Below, one piece after another: positions 37,404 through 46,063 of a DNA stretch of 64,000 nucleotides. Where the stretch lies: IMG/VR virus record IMGVR_UViG_3300021959_004274, positions 1-64,000 of that record, one strand, 5' to 3'. The position numbers and the translations under genes are program-made. This DNA is from a virus. Numbering within the stretch: the stretch's first letter is position 1; the number at the start of each line of letters is the position of its first letter. The notes beneath the pieces were generated by a model that saw nothing but the letters and a program-made list of their open reading frames with translations, was not told the origin of the DNA and ran no database searches.

Positions 37404-37845
37404 GTTCTTTTGCTAGTTCCTTAATATCTTTTGTTGTTAATAATGACAGTTGTAAATCAAGTTCATCTGATTTCATATTTGGATACAGTTCACTTAAAAA
37501 CTTTCTTGCTTTATTGTTTGACGTGCCTTCTTTCTTTTTGGCCGCTAACCAATAATGAAACTGATTACCCATCTTAGGACTTACCACAGTACACATTAAC
37601 CATTGTAGTTTTGGATGCTTGTTTAAGTCAAAGAAGTACTTGTTAACTGCCTCGTTAGTTGCTTGTAAATAATATGATTGTAAGTCTGCACGTCCGCCAA
37701 CACTGGCTCCGTACCTTAACATTAGGTAAGTAGAAAATTGTTTACGCTCTTCGTCTGTAAACTTATCATAATAGTTTCGATCTTTACGATCAAACGCCGC
37801 CATTTCATTACCAATGTATAATGGACTTGTTTTATCTGCTGGCAT
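37366..37845 (-). CDS. Possible clamp-loader small subunit (gp62-like)
   Basis: FSTYLMLRY...N.AVN.....HPKLQW...W..AKKK pattern; replication context. Confidence 0.5.
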   Translation of the reverse strand: MPADKTSPLYIGNEMAAFDRKDRNYYDKFTDEERKQFSTYLMLRYGASVGGRADLQSYYLQATNEAVNKYFFDLNKHPKLQWLMCTVVSPKMGNQFHYWLAAKKKEGTSNNKARKFLSELYPNMKSDELDLQLSLLTTKDIKELAKEHGWDDKRIKADL

Positions 37846-38345
37846 TAGAATACCTTATCGTATTGTACTACTTCACAGTTACGTGATATATCCTTAACAA
37901 AATATATACATTCAGGTTCTTTTTCGTCCCCTAATGGTATAGTTAATAGTTGTCCGTTTTTAAGTTTAGGACAATACCAATTAACATCATTATACACGTC
38001 AACAATTTCTATGTCAAGGAATGTGCTTCTGAATCCTGTTAATGGATTAAACTGAAATGCTTTAAATCCTCTGTCGTTAATTGATGTTAATGGTAATACT
38101 TCTAAATTACCACAGTCAGGCTCACCAATTAATATTTGCCAATCCACTGGCATTTTAATTTCGTAATTACCTATGCGTAATACTAGTGCAGGACTGTTAA
38201 ATGATTCTAAAAAGATCAATGGTATCCAATGATGATCTGGGTTGGCTGGATCTGAATTGTCCAGTACACTAAAACGCATATCATCAACTTCTTCGGGCAG
38301 TTGATCTAATTCATATCTTATGTTATCTAAAGTTAATATTCTCAT
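37845..38345 (-). CDS. Hypothetical phage protein
   Basis: PLIFLESFNSPA...W.YCPKLKNGQLL; own promoter. Confidence 0.7.
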   Translation of the reverse strand: MRILTLDNIRYELDQLPEEVDDMRFSVLDNSDPANPDHHWIPLIFLESFNSPALVLRIGNYEIKMPVDWQILIGEPDCGNLEVLPLTSINDRGFKAFQFNPLTGFRSTFLDIEIVDVYNDVNWYCPKLKNGQLLTIPLGDEKEPECIYFVKDISRNCEVVQYDKVF

Positions 38346-38351
38346 ACTGTT

Positions 38352-38380
38352 ATTGTATAGTCCTGTTTAAGTTTTGTCAA
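38352..38380 (-). promoter_or_regulatory. Sigma70-type promoter
   Basis: TTGACA-17-TACAAT; ATG 6 nt downstream. Confidence 0.75.
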
Positions 38381-39837
38381 TCTTGCCACTCCGTTTTTTC
38401 TACCGTAAATGGATAGTTTGCTTCTCGATAAAATTGTTTACGTTTAGTTAAATGCCTTTTAGCAAATTTACAGGTTGATGTTATATCCCAAATTTGCACA
38501 AAATCTTTATCCTCAGCCTTTCTAATGCCTCGACCAATACTCTGAATAACCCGTACAAAACTTTTACCAGGCTCCACAAGCACCAAATTGAAAATCCGAG
38601 GAATGTTAATACCAACAGCGGCAACACCATAAGTAGCAACAATAACTCTATCGTCCATTGTGGCCACTTCGTCATAGGATTCCTTTCTATCATTTGCTTT
38701 AGTTCCTCCTGAAACAAACACTGATCCAGGTATAAGTTCTGTTAAACGTTTACCTGGTGCTATACGATCTACAAGAATAAGTGTATTGCCTGACTCTTTA
38801 ATTGAGTTAATTAGCCCAGCAATATACTTCATGCGGTCTTCTGTTTCTAGTAGATAACGTAATTCACTTTGATAATCTCTGTATTCAACGTGATCAACTA
38901 ACTGTACAATATTAACATGACAGTTTGCCAACACTCCTTCTTGCTGTAGTTCATTTGCACTCAGTCTACCAATAACCTCACCTAAACTACATTTCAAACT
39001 CATAAACTCATATTCTTCTTTGGGTACTGTACCAGTTAATCCCCAACGTATAGGAACATGTGACATTGGTCCTGTTAATAATGTTCTAAGTGCATCCGCT
39101 TTGGCCATGTGTACTTCATCTACCATGACACAGACTACGTCATGTAAAAACTCATCTATTGTGATATCAATATCTTTAGCACGAGTTTTCTTCATCATAA
39201 TGTTTAGACTCTGCCAAGTACAAATAGTATGTGTCTTGCCAAACTCTTTACGATCACCAAAGAACACACCTACGTCTAATCCCATGTTAATGTAATCTTC
39301 TTCAGTTTGCGTGACTAGACTTTTATTTGGAACAATAACTATTGTACGACCATGTGCTTCACATCTATGACTTAGCACAGCAGTGATTAAAGTTTTACCT
39401 GCACCTGTGGCTACTTCTTGTATGCACTGTGGATTTTCTAAGAACTTATTAACTATCTCAACTTGATAGTCACGTAACATGATTGGTTGGCCTTTAGCAG
39501 GATGGTTAGGTGGCCAAACATAGTCTGCATAACTATCTTCTTTAACTTTTTCAAATCCATAGTTAGTTGAATAGTCACGGATGTCTTCTAGTTCAATATC
39601 ATAATTAAACTCTTCTAATACAGGAATAATATCTGGCAATAGGTTAACATAAGTTGATCCACCTAGTTGAAAGAACCCTACCTTACCATCCCATCGTCCT
39701 AGTCTCACTGCTGGCATATATCTAGCACCTGGGACTTCGTATTTGAATTTATTGGTCAGCGTTTTACGAGCGTCAAGTTCAAGACCTTCAATCTTTACAT
39801 TAACTTCATCACGGACTATGATTTTACAATTTCGCAT
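38377..39837 (-). CDS. uvsW: SF2 DNA helicase UvsW
   Basis: LRDYQ, ATGAGKT, VDEVH, GLTGT, QSIGRGIR. Confidence 0.92.
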   Translation of the reverse strand: MRNCKIIVRDEVNVKIEGLELDARKTLTNKFKYEVPGARYMPAVRLGRWDGKVGFFQLGGSTYVNLLPDIIPVLEEFNYDIELEDIRDYSTNYGFEKVKEDSYADYVWPPNHPAKGQPIMLRDYQVEIVNKFLENPQCIQEVATGAGKTLITAVLSHRCEAHGRTIVIVPNKSLVTQTEEDYINMGLDVGVFFGDRKEFGKTHTICTWQSLNIMMKKTRAKDIDITIDEFLHDVVCVMVDEVHMAKADALRTLLTGPMSHVPIRWGLTGTVPKEEYEFMSLKCSLGEVIGRLSANELQQEGVLANCHVNIVQLVDHVEYRDYQSELRYLLETEDRMKYIAGLINSIKESGNTLILVDRIAPGKRLTELIPGSVFVSGGTKANDRKESYDEVATMDDRVIVATYGVAAVGINIPRIFNLVLVEPGKSFVRVIQSIGRGIRKAEDKDFVQIWDITSTCKFAKRHLTKRKQFYREANYPFTVEKTEWQD

Positions 39838-39863
39838 ATTATATATTATATAGTATAAAAGGT

Positions 39864-39895
39864 GAAAGGCACACTATTTTGGTAATGTGCCTTTC
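39864..39895 (-). terminator. Hairpin, probable terminator of the early unit
   Basis: 10-bp stem gaaaggcaca/tgtgcctttc followed by acctttt on the minus strand. Confidence 0.6.
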
Positions 39896-39897
39896 CA

Positions 39898-39937
39898 TAG
39901 TCAGTTAGAAAGTGTTAGGAGCGAAACTAACTGACTA
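39898..39937 (-). ncRNA. Candidate anti-RBS regulatory hairpin (3'-UTR sRNA)
   Basis: Perfect 11-bp stem. The 18-nt loop UUUCGCUCCUAACACUUU is complementary to the RBS of the genes starting at 41659 and 40754. Confidence 0.55.
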
Positions 39938-39941
39938 AAAA

Positions 39942-40754
39942 CTATGCCGCCCTGCGTTTCATACAAGTTACTTCTGCCATCTCACGCCAGTTGTTTTGTG
40001 ATACCTTGCGTAAGTCAGCAACTTTAAGGGCCATACGTAAACTTACTTCATTTAACTTCTCGCAGTTTTCTGTTAAGAAGTCTAAGATTTCTTCTTGCTG
40101 TATACCTGATAAATCATAATCTTTAAACAGAGCACCAGTACCAGCAATCTGTTTAATACGTAATAGTTTATCACGCATAGTGTCTAATGTCAAGTCTAAG
40201 TAGTGACATCTTGATTGAACTGCTTCTAAATGGTCTTGTAACTTTTTACTTTTAACATTGTTAAATTTAACGTTAGTGATAAAAATTGCTGAACCTTCAA
40301 AGTTAAATGTGTCAGGAACACCTTCGTTGCGTAGTTTGTATGAATCTGTGTTCCAGCATATCTTACGTGTCTTCTTACTATCAAGTGCGGCCTTAATAAT
40401 GTTCAATGATAATTCATCTTGTAACACTGAGTCGCAGTCGTCAAACACTAAAACATTATCTTTTTCTTTGTAGTTGAATAGTTTACAGTATAGACCAATA
40501 GCACTCATAGCACCTTTAACAACATCATATGGCTTTGGCCTAGATCCTAGTTCGCTGTATATTCCAGCTTTTTCTAACTGCTGTTCAACACCATATGATT
40601 TACCAACTCCTGGAGGGCCTACTACAATCATAGCTCTGATATCACCGTTGATGCAGGCTTTGGTCATTTCGTCTAGGATGTTGAATCTTTTGGAAATACG
40701 TTCGATGATTTGCTCATCTGTTTCTTTTGTAAATTTTATTGTCTTTGCTGACAT
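39942..40754 (-). CDS. AAA-family ATPase
   Basis: GPPGVGKS Walker A, VLVFDDCD Walker B, IFITN, SR. Confidence 0.85.
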   Translation of the reverse strand: MSAKTIKFTKETDEQIIERISKRFNILDEMTKACINGDIRAMIVVGPPGVGKSYGVEQQLEKAGIYSELGSRPKPYDVVKGAMSAIGLYCKLFNYKEKDNVLVFDDCDSVLQDELSLNIIKAALDSKKTRKICWNTDSYKLRNEGVPDTFNFEGSAIFITNVKFNNVKSKKLQDHLEAVQSRCHYLDLTLDTMRDKLLRIKQIAGTGALFKDYDLSGIQQEEILDFLTENCEKLNEVSLRMALKVADLRKVSQNNWREMAEVTCMKRRAA

Positions 40755-40787
40755 ATTCGCTCCTTAATATGTTTACCTAACTTTAAT

Positions 40788-40816
40788 AGTATAAGATCTT
40801 AGTAATTAATTGTCAA
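40788..40816 (-). promoter_or_regulatory. Early sigma70 promoter
   Basis: TTGACA-17-TATACT. Confidence 0.8.
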
Positions 40817-40985
40817 CCGTTTTCATTACTTTTTCTTTAATTAGATCTAATATATCTTCTAGATCGTTAGCATCAATGCTGATACCCATTTGAGTTAACT
40901 GTTGATCTAACTTGGTAATATTATCTATGGACACTTCTTCAACTTGTGCCCATAGATTTTGATTTATATATTCTTCGTAACTCAT
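40806..40985 (-). CDS. Small hypothetical protein
   Basis: MSYEEYINQ..., starts right after the upstream stop. Confidence 0.5.
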   Translation of the reverse strand: MSYEEYINQNLWAQVEEVSIDNITKLDQQLTQMGISIDANDLEDILDLIKEKVMKTVDN

Positions 40986-40986
40986 A

Positions 40987-41337
40987 CTACCACCATGAAT
41001 TGTAATAAACTTTTCTGCCACCAGCAAGTTCACCCCTGGCTTCTGCAATAAAAGCCAAGTCTTGATCTTTGTAGTATTCGTCTGCTGGACCGCCAAAGAA
41101 GAAGCCTTGTGTTTCTGGAAGATCACGCATTAGAACAGAGTTCTCTAACAACTCAAGATCGTCAAGTGTTAGTTCAACTTCAACACAATTAAAACTATCT
41201 TCTGTGTTGCCAGTTTTAGCTCTCCATAACTTTTCCATAAAGCCATGTAAGTTAGGATGCTTTCTCCAGTAACTAATTTCTCTAGATTTTTTACTAGTTG
41301 TTTTTGCTCGACTGTATGCTGTCATATCTAAACCCAT
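40987..41337 (-). CDS. Hypothetical phage protein
   Basis: MGLDM...YWRKHPNLHGFM...FNC...GFFFG...YYNSWW; SD AAGGAG. Confidence 0.8.
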   Translation of the reverse strand: MGLDMTAYSRAKTTSKKSREISYWRKHPNLHGFMEKLWRAKTGNTEDSFNCVEVELTLDDLELLENSVLMRDLPETQGFFFGGPADEYYKDQDLAFIAEARGELAGGRKVYYNSWW

Positions 41338-41347
41338 AACTGTCTCC

Positions 41348-41659
41348 TTATCTATATAAGTGGCCTGAACCACAATTATTTTCTAAGTAATCAATGTCTT
41401 TATACAAGTTAAATCTAACCCCTTTTGCTGGTGCATTCCAACCTGCTGGTTTGTAAACGTCGCCTGTTGTTTTTTCAATAAAAGCAACAACGCTACGTGA
41501 TTCAAGTTCGCCGTTATCTTCAACATAACCGTCAACTATTTTAATATACTTGCGACCTTCTTGTGCGGCAAATCCTCTTTTTACGTGAGTGAGTCCTTGA
41601 CTATCAAAGTCACGTTGTAAACCTGCTATGTATCTGTCAATTAATTTGTTTAAGTCCAC
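41348..41659 (-). CDS. Hypothetical early protein
   Basis: GRKYIKI...SVVAFI...GDVYKPAGW.APAKGVR; GTG start with SD AGGAG. Confidence 0.8.
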   Translation of the reverse strand: MDLNKLIDRYIAGLQRDFDSQGLTHVKRGFAAQEGRKYIKIVDGYVEDNGELESRSVVAFIEKTTGDVYKPAGWNAPAKGVRFNLYKDIDYLENNCGSGHLYR

Positions 41660-41693
41660 GTTTCGCTCCTAAATATGTTTACCTAACAATAAT

Positions 41694-41722
41694 ACTATAG
41701 CAAATTTGGATTTTTTGGTCAA
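41694..41722 (-). promoter_or_regulatory. Early sigma70 promoter
   Basis: TTGACC-17-TATAGT. Confidence 0.7.
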
Positions 41723-41856
41723 CCAAAATATAGGTGATATACTAGTGTACCCACAGTAAAATAAACGCCAACTATTGCACAGATAAGTCCGTGTTCTAAT
41801 GTATTAAATTTTTGTATTAAACGCTCGTATGCTACTTGGTCTGCTGTTTTCTTCAT
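41719..41856 (-). CDS. Small membrane protein (45 aa, not in ORF track)
   Basis: SD AAGGAG, upstream consensus promoter, C-terminal TM. Confidence 0.6.
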   Translation of the reverse strand: MKKTADQVAYERLIQKFNTLEHGLICAIVGVYFTVGTLVYHLYFG

Positions 41857-41889
41857 AGGTTCTCCTTAATTTATTAGTTTATATCCATA

Positions 41890-41918
41890 ATTATAGACTA
41901 TTCTGTATTTTTTGTCAA
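41890..41918 (-). promoter_or_regulatory. Consensus early sigma70 promoter
   Basis: TTGACA-17-TATAAT. Confidence 0.85.
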
Positions 41919-41960
41919 GAGAAAAGACTATATATTGTGTGTTTAAGGGGTAATATTCAT

Positions 41961-41989
41961 AAAAAAAGCACTACATTTAGTAGTGCTTC
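41961..41989 (-). terminator. Intrinsic terminator
   Basis: aagcactac/gtagtgctt stem with a T run on the minus strand. Confidence 0.75.
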
Positions 41990-42028
41990 TTCTATTTTAG
42001 CTCAGTGGTAGAGTTTGTTACGGATAAA

Positions 42029-42691
42029 TTAAAAAGCTGGATCGTATGCCCAAGTTGGAATAGTTAAATTGGCTGTCATTGTTAATGTTTCGCCATTACC
42101 AACTATTGGCCACATACCTTCAGGTGTTACATCATATGCTTCACCGTTAAGTTGACCATTCGATAAAGTTTTATCTACTCGCATAAAGTGAGTTAAATCT
42201 TCACCTTCTTCTTCGTTAGCAACCATAATTACTGGTGCGTCTACTGTTGGTTGTGATGTACCTGCTAATAATTTATTATAAACTTCAGTACCTAATCTTG
42301 TTTCTCCAACAGTGTTAGCGATGTATGCTTGATCTTCTGCCGAAAATGGTACTGACCAGTCATCACCGTTTGCTTTTGCTTTGTCAAGAAAGTAACTTAA
42401 TGGAATAGTAACATTTGGATGTCCTACACCATTACATTCTAATTTACCTAATCCTAAATCAGCTGTATCATCTGTGCCTGTAACTGTAACTTCCCAGGAT
42501 GTATCGCCTGATACTGCTTCGTCTAACTCAAACGAAAATAATTCGTTTTCAGGTTTGTCGCCATCTGTGTGTGCGTCAGTATCTGCAGTTACCGCGCCAT
42601 TATAGACTTCGACTCCTCCTACTGTGACCACTACATTTAGTGATCCGGATGCGTCATGAGCACATCCATATTGTTTAAAAGTTCTTGCCAT
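42029..42691 (-). CDS. Acidic hypothetical (probable structural) protein
   Basis: 220 aa; SD GGAG; TAAATA upstream. Confidence 0.7.
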   Translation of the reverse strand: MARTFKQYGCAHDASGSLNVVVTVGGVEVYNGAVTADTDAHTDGDKPENELFSFELDEAVSGDTSWEVTVTGTDDTADLGLGKLECNGVGHPNVTIPLSYFLDKAKANGDDWSVPFSAEDQAYIANTVGETRLGTEVYNKLLAGTSQPTVDAPVIMVANEEEGEDLTHFMRVDKTLSNGQLNGEAYDVTPEGMWPIVGNGETLTMTANLTIPTWAYDPAF

Positions 42692-42727
42692 TTTTTAATC
42701 TCCGTATTTAAGCATGCCTTGCTACGT

Positions 42728-43447
42728 TTATTTATCTTTCTGCCAGTATTCAATTAAATTATTGTTTATTTCGTGTGGTTTAGGATCTCCGTGAAATACT
42801 ACAATACTGGTATCAACATCTAACTTAATATCTATTTCGTCTTTGTGTGGATATCCTCTTGTTTTAACATCTATTCCTCCATGTAATACTTGCCAGCGAT
42901 ACGATTTTATTTTGTTTTCAGGTAGTTGTCTTTTAGTTTCAACTATTTCAGTATCAATATAATTCTGATCACCGTGATATTGAAACATTATTCGATCTGA
43001 ATTATCTTTAAATTTAGTCCAGACATGTTCATAGTTAGTAGTATCAAACACCATAACACTAGAATTAATGGCTCGTCTATGAGGTTTCCATATACATTTA
43101 AAGTCTCTAACAGCCCAGAAGTTTTGCATTGACAGTTTACTCATCCAGTCTAGGTTACCTGTAATAATAACATCAAGGTCCATATAGATAATAGGACCTG
43201 CGTACAGTTTAGGATTGAATAATTGTGTTTTGTACCACCAGGCCTTTTTTGGACCTTCGCTGTTCTGTGATGTTAGTGTGTGTTTTATATATTTGTTAGG
43301 AACATCACGTTCTTGTTCTGTCCAAACATGAAAGCGTATGGGATTAGAAACATTACGTTGAATACTGTCGTGCAGTATATCAACATAGTCCCAACTATAA
43401 TAATTGCCGTGTATTAAACAGCCAAAGTCTATTACTCTATCGCCCAT
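42728..43447 (-). CDS. GT-A fold glycosyltransferase (GT8-like)
   Basis: WW.K..LF, YMDLDV, INSSVM, GDQ, VFHGDPKP. Confidence 0.8.
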   Translation of the reverse strand: MGDRVIDFGCLIHGNYYSWDYVDILHDSIQRNVSNPIRFHVWTEQERDVPNKYIKHTLTSQNSEGPKKAWWYKTQLFNPKLYAGPIIYMDLDVIITGNLDWMSKLSMQNFWAVRDFKCIWKPHRRAINSSVMVFDTTNYEHVWTKFKDNSDRIMFQYHGDQNYIDTEIVETKRQLPENKIKSYRWQVLHGGIDVKTRGYPHKDEIDIKLDVDTSIVVFHGDPKPHEINNNLIEYWQKDK

Positions 43448-44283
43448 TGTAGTCTATTGTACCAAACACCATTTTTAATTTCATCCACTGTATATTCTGT
43501 ATGTGCTATTTCAACGTACCATTGTGTTCTATCTGGAATAACAGGATCGTCTAAGTCAGTGTACTTATTACTACATGGATAGGCTAGACTAGTTTCATCA
43601 ACAATAACTGGACAGCCCTGTATCAAACTTTGTACAGCAGGTCCTGCTGAATTATAGTTTACTGTTGCCCAATAGTTAAATTTAAGATCAAAGTCATCAT
43701 AGGTATCGGATAATTTTTGAGGTGTTTCAAATTGATAATCTAAAAACTCTGTTCTATCAAACACTGATCTAGGATGTGGCCTAATAACCATGGGTCTATC
43801 TGTGTGCTGTTCAATTGTTTGTATTTCTTCTTGTAACCAATGTTCTATACCGTGTAGTTCGCTTACTTGTTCACTTTTAGCGTGTTGTAGACAAATTAGT
43901 ATAGGTTCTTTAGCATAGTGTCTACGCTGTGGTGCTAGTTCCGGTAAGCCTAGTTTCTTTGGTCTATCCCAATCTAAATTAACAGTATGTCCGTAATGAC
44001 CTTGTGCTGTGATGTGGTTTACGGCTACTTTCCAGGTAAAGTTGCGTTGTAGGGCGCCTACTTCAAGGATTAGACATGGTTTATTAAGGTTTTTGAAGTG
44101 CTGATAAACATCATAGTTGCCACGCATACGACCTGCCCATAAGCAAGACCATATAACGGCTATGTCTGCATTTAAATCGTTTTCAACTATTCTGTAATGT
44201 TTCTTTGCACTCTCTAAGAATGCTTCTATGACCGGCTTTGAGTTTAAACTACAATAGTCCGGAAAATACGTAAGTGTTTTCAT
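43432..44283 (-). CDS. Capsule-polysaccharide-synthesis-like glycosyltransferase
   Basis: ILICLQ...VIRPHP...NYNS..AVQSLIQGCP. Confidence 0.6.
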   Translation of the reverse strand: MKTLTYFPDYCSLNSKPVIEAFLESAKKHYRIVENDLNADIAVIWSCLWAGRMRGNYDVYQHFKNLNKPCLILEVGALQRNFTWKVAVNHITAQGHYGHTVNLDWDRPKKLGLPELAPQRRHYAKEPILICLQHAKSEQVSELHGIEHWLQEEIQTIEQHTDRPMVIRPHPRSVFDRTEFLDYQFETPQKLSDTYDDFDLKFNYWATVNYNSAGPAVQSLIQGCPVIVDETSLAYPCSNKYTDLDDPVIPDRTQWYVEIAHTEYTVDEIKNGVWYNRLQWAIE

Positions 44284-44301
44284 ATGTGTGTAAATACTTA
44301 T

Positions 44302-45141
44302 ATGAGATATGCTGTCATCACTACATTTCACCCACCAGGATTAACACAATACGCACAAACAATGATTGACACGTTTGAGCAATATTGGCCAGACACGGTG
44401 GACTTATACTGCTATGCAGAAGACTGCAAACCCATAACTACTAAACCTAATGTACACATCTTTGATTTGCATCAACGTTGCCTTGATCTGGTTAACTTTA
44501 AGAATAAATTTAAAAATGTTCCGTGGGCTAATGGACTGCAGATGAAAGAGTCTGGCCTGCCATTTAAAGACAATAACTTTAAGTGGGATGCCGTTAGATT
44601 TAGTAATAAAGTATTTACCGTAATTGATGCTTGTACCACACTAGATTATGACTGGGTAATATGGTTAGATGCTGACTCAAAAACGTTTGCACCTGTAACT
44701 GAATCATTCTTAGCAGAAGTATGTCCTAGTAGCAATTTTGTTAGTTACCTAGGTCGTAGAGCCAAATATCATAGCGAATGTGGCTGGGTAGCATATAACA
44801 CAAAACATCGTGACTGTCAGGACTTTATGTCTTCTTGGAAAGACTTATATGTTAACGAAGGTATATTTAATTTAAAAGAGTTTCATGACAGTTATGTATT
44901 TGATGTACTACGTCAGCAATATCAGCAAACAAAAAATACAGAATTCTTTAACCTGTCGCCCGAGCTACAAGGCAAAGGTCCAGGGCATCCTTTTATTGCT
45001 AGTAAGTTAGGAACAGTAATGGATCATATGAAAGGCACCAGGCGTAAAGAGCTAGGACACAGTTTATCTGATGATGTTACTATAAAAAATCAAGGAATAA
45101 ATCAAAACGTTGATTACTGGAAATCAGTTATTAAGACTTAG
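44302..45141 (+). CDS. Glycosyltransferase-like protein
   Basis: WDAVRFSNKVF, WLDAD, SECG, HDSYVF, DHMKG. Confidence 0.7.
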   Translation: MRYAVITTFHPPGLTQYAQTMIDTFEQYWPDTVDLYCYAEDCKPITTKPNVHIFDLHQRCLDLVNFKNKFKNVPWANGLQMKESGLPFKDNNFKWDAVRFSNKVFTVIDACTTLDYDWVIWLDADSKTFAPVTESFLAEVCPSSNFVSYLGRRAKYHSECGWVAYNTKHRDCQDFMSSWKDLYVNEGIFNLKEFHDSYVFDVLRQQYQQTKNTEFFNLSPELQGKGPGHPFIASKLGTVMDHMKGTRRKELGHSLSDDVTIKNQGINQNVDYWKSVIKT

Positions 45142-46063
45142 GTAATCTTTCTCTCATAAAATGCCAGGCACTGCCACGAGTAACTTCATCTGTAGACCAA
45201 TGGCATTGACTTAGTCTATGATAGAAATCATTTCTATCAAACAATTCAGGATTTTCTATGTTGTTAAGATCAGTATTACAAATAGGATAACACTGACTAC
45301 GTTTAGGAACAGGATCTGTAACAAATACAGGAACCCCAGACATTATACTTGCTACTCCAGGAGAACTGTTGTACGTTACAGTAGCATGAGTACGTTTTAG
45401 TTGTTCTGTTATGTTAATGTCTAAGGGACGTTGTTTTCTAATATTAGTCCAGGGAGATATATCAAGTTGATCTAGTGTAAGTAGGTCACCTGGGTGGCCT
45501 CTAACAATAATATCTCTCTGTGTTTTTGTTCTAATATGATTAATAGTTTGAGTTGCCCACTCAATGACATTAGCGCCATTCATTGACCAACCACCGTTGC
45601 GTTGTAGACATAACAATATTTCAGGACCAGTATGCCAATCAACATCTACAAATTTATAGTTTCTTTTAATTTTATTCCAGCGAGTTAGATCTCTGTCTTG
45701 ATCAAAATACCAAGCATCGTTGGCAAATATTCCATCTAATCCATACCGTTGATACTTGTTAATATCTGACATATCTAAAAATTGAAACAAATTGCTATCA
45801 ATAATTAAACTATGTTTACCATGCTGACGTTGATGATCTATTGCGTTTTTTCTAATCATTAAATGAGGTGCTTGTTTACTACCTTCATGAACATAACCCT
45901 GAATAACAGCAACATCACAATTAGGAATAACACGATTATCCTCAACTACAATAACCTGATCTCCAGCAAGTGCAACACCTTGAGCCCAACTATTTAAAAT
46001 CATTTTTTTAAATTCGTTTTTACTCAGTCGAGGTATGCCCGATAGATAAACTGCTACTCTCAC
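45131..46063 (-). CDS. Capsule-polysaccharide-synthesis-like glycosyltransferase
   Basis: ILLCLQ...IIVRGHP...TYNSS..VASIMSGVP. Confidence 0.6.
   Translation of the reverse strand: MRVAVYLSGIPRLSKNEFKKMILNSWAQGVALAGDQVIVVEDNRVIPNCDVAVIQGYVHEGSKQAPHLMIRKNAIDHQRQHGKHSLIIDSNLFQFLDMSDINKYQRYGLDGIFANDAWYFDQDRDLTRWNKIKRNYKFVDVDWHTGPEILLCLQRNGGWSMNGANVIEWATQTINHIRTKTQRDIIVRGHPGDLLTLDQLDISPWTNIRKQRPLDINITEQLKRTHATVTYNSSPGVASIMSGVPVFVTDPVPKRSQCYPICNTDLNNIENPELFDRNDFYHRLSQCHWSTDEVTRGSAWHFMRERLPKS

Noticed and set aside
41990-42065. Complete tRNA gene
   Set aside because: Only a D-arm pattern is present. There is no pairing acceptor stem, anticodon stem or TTCGA T-loop.
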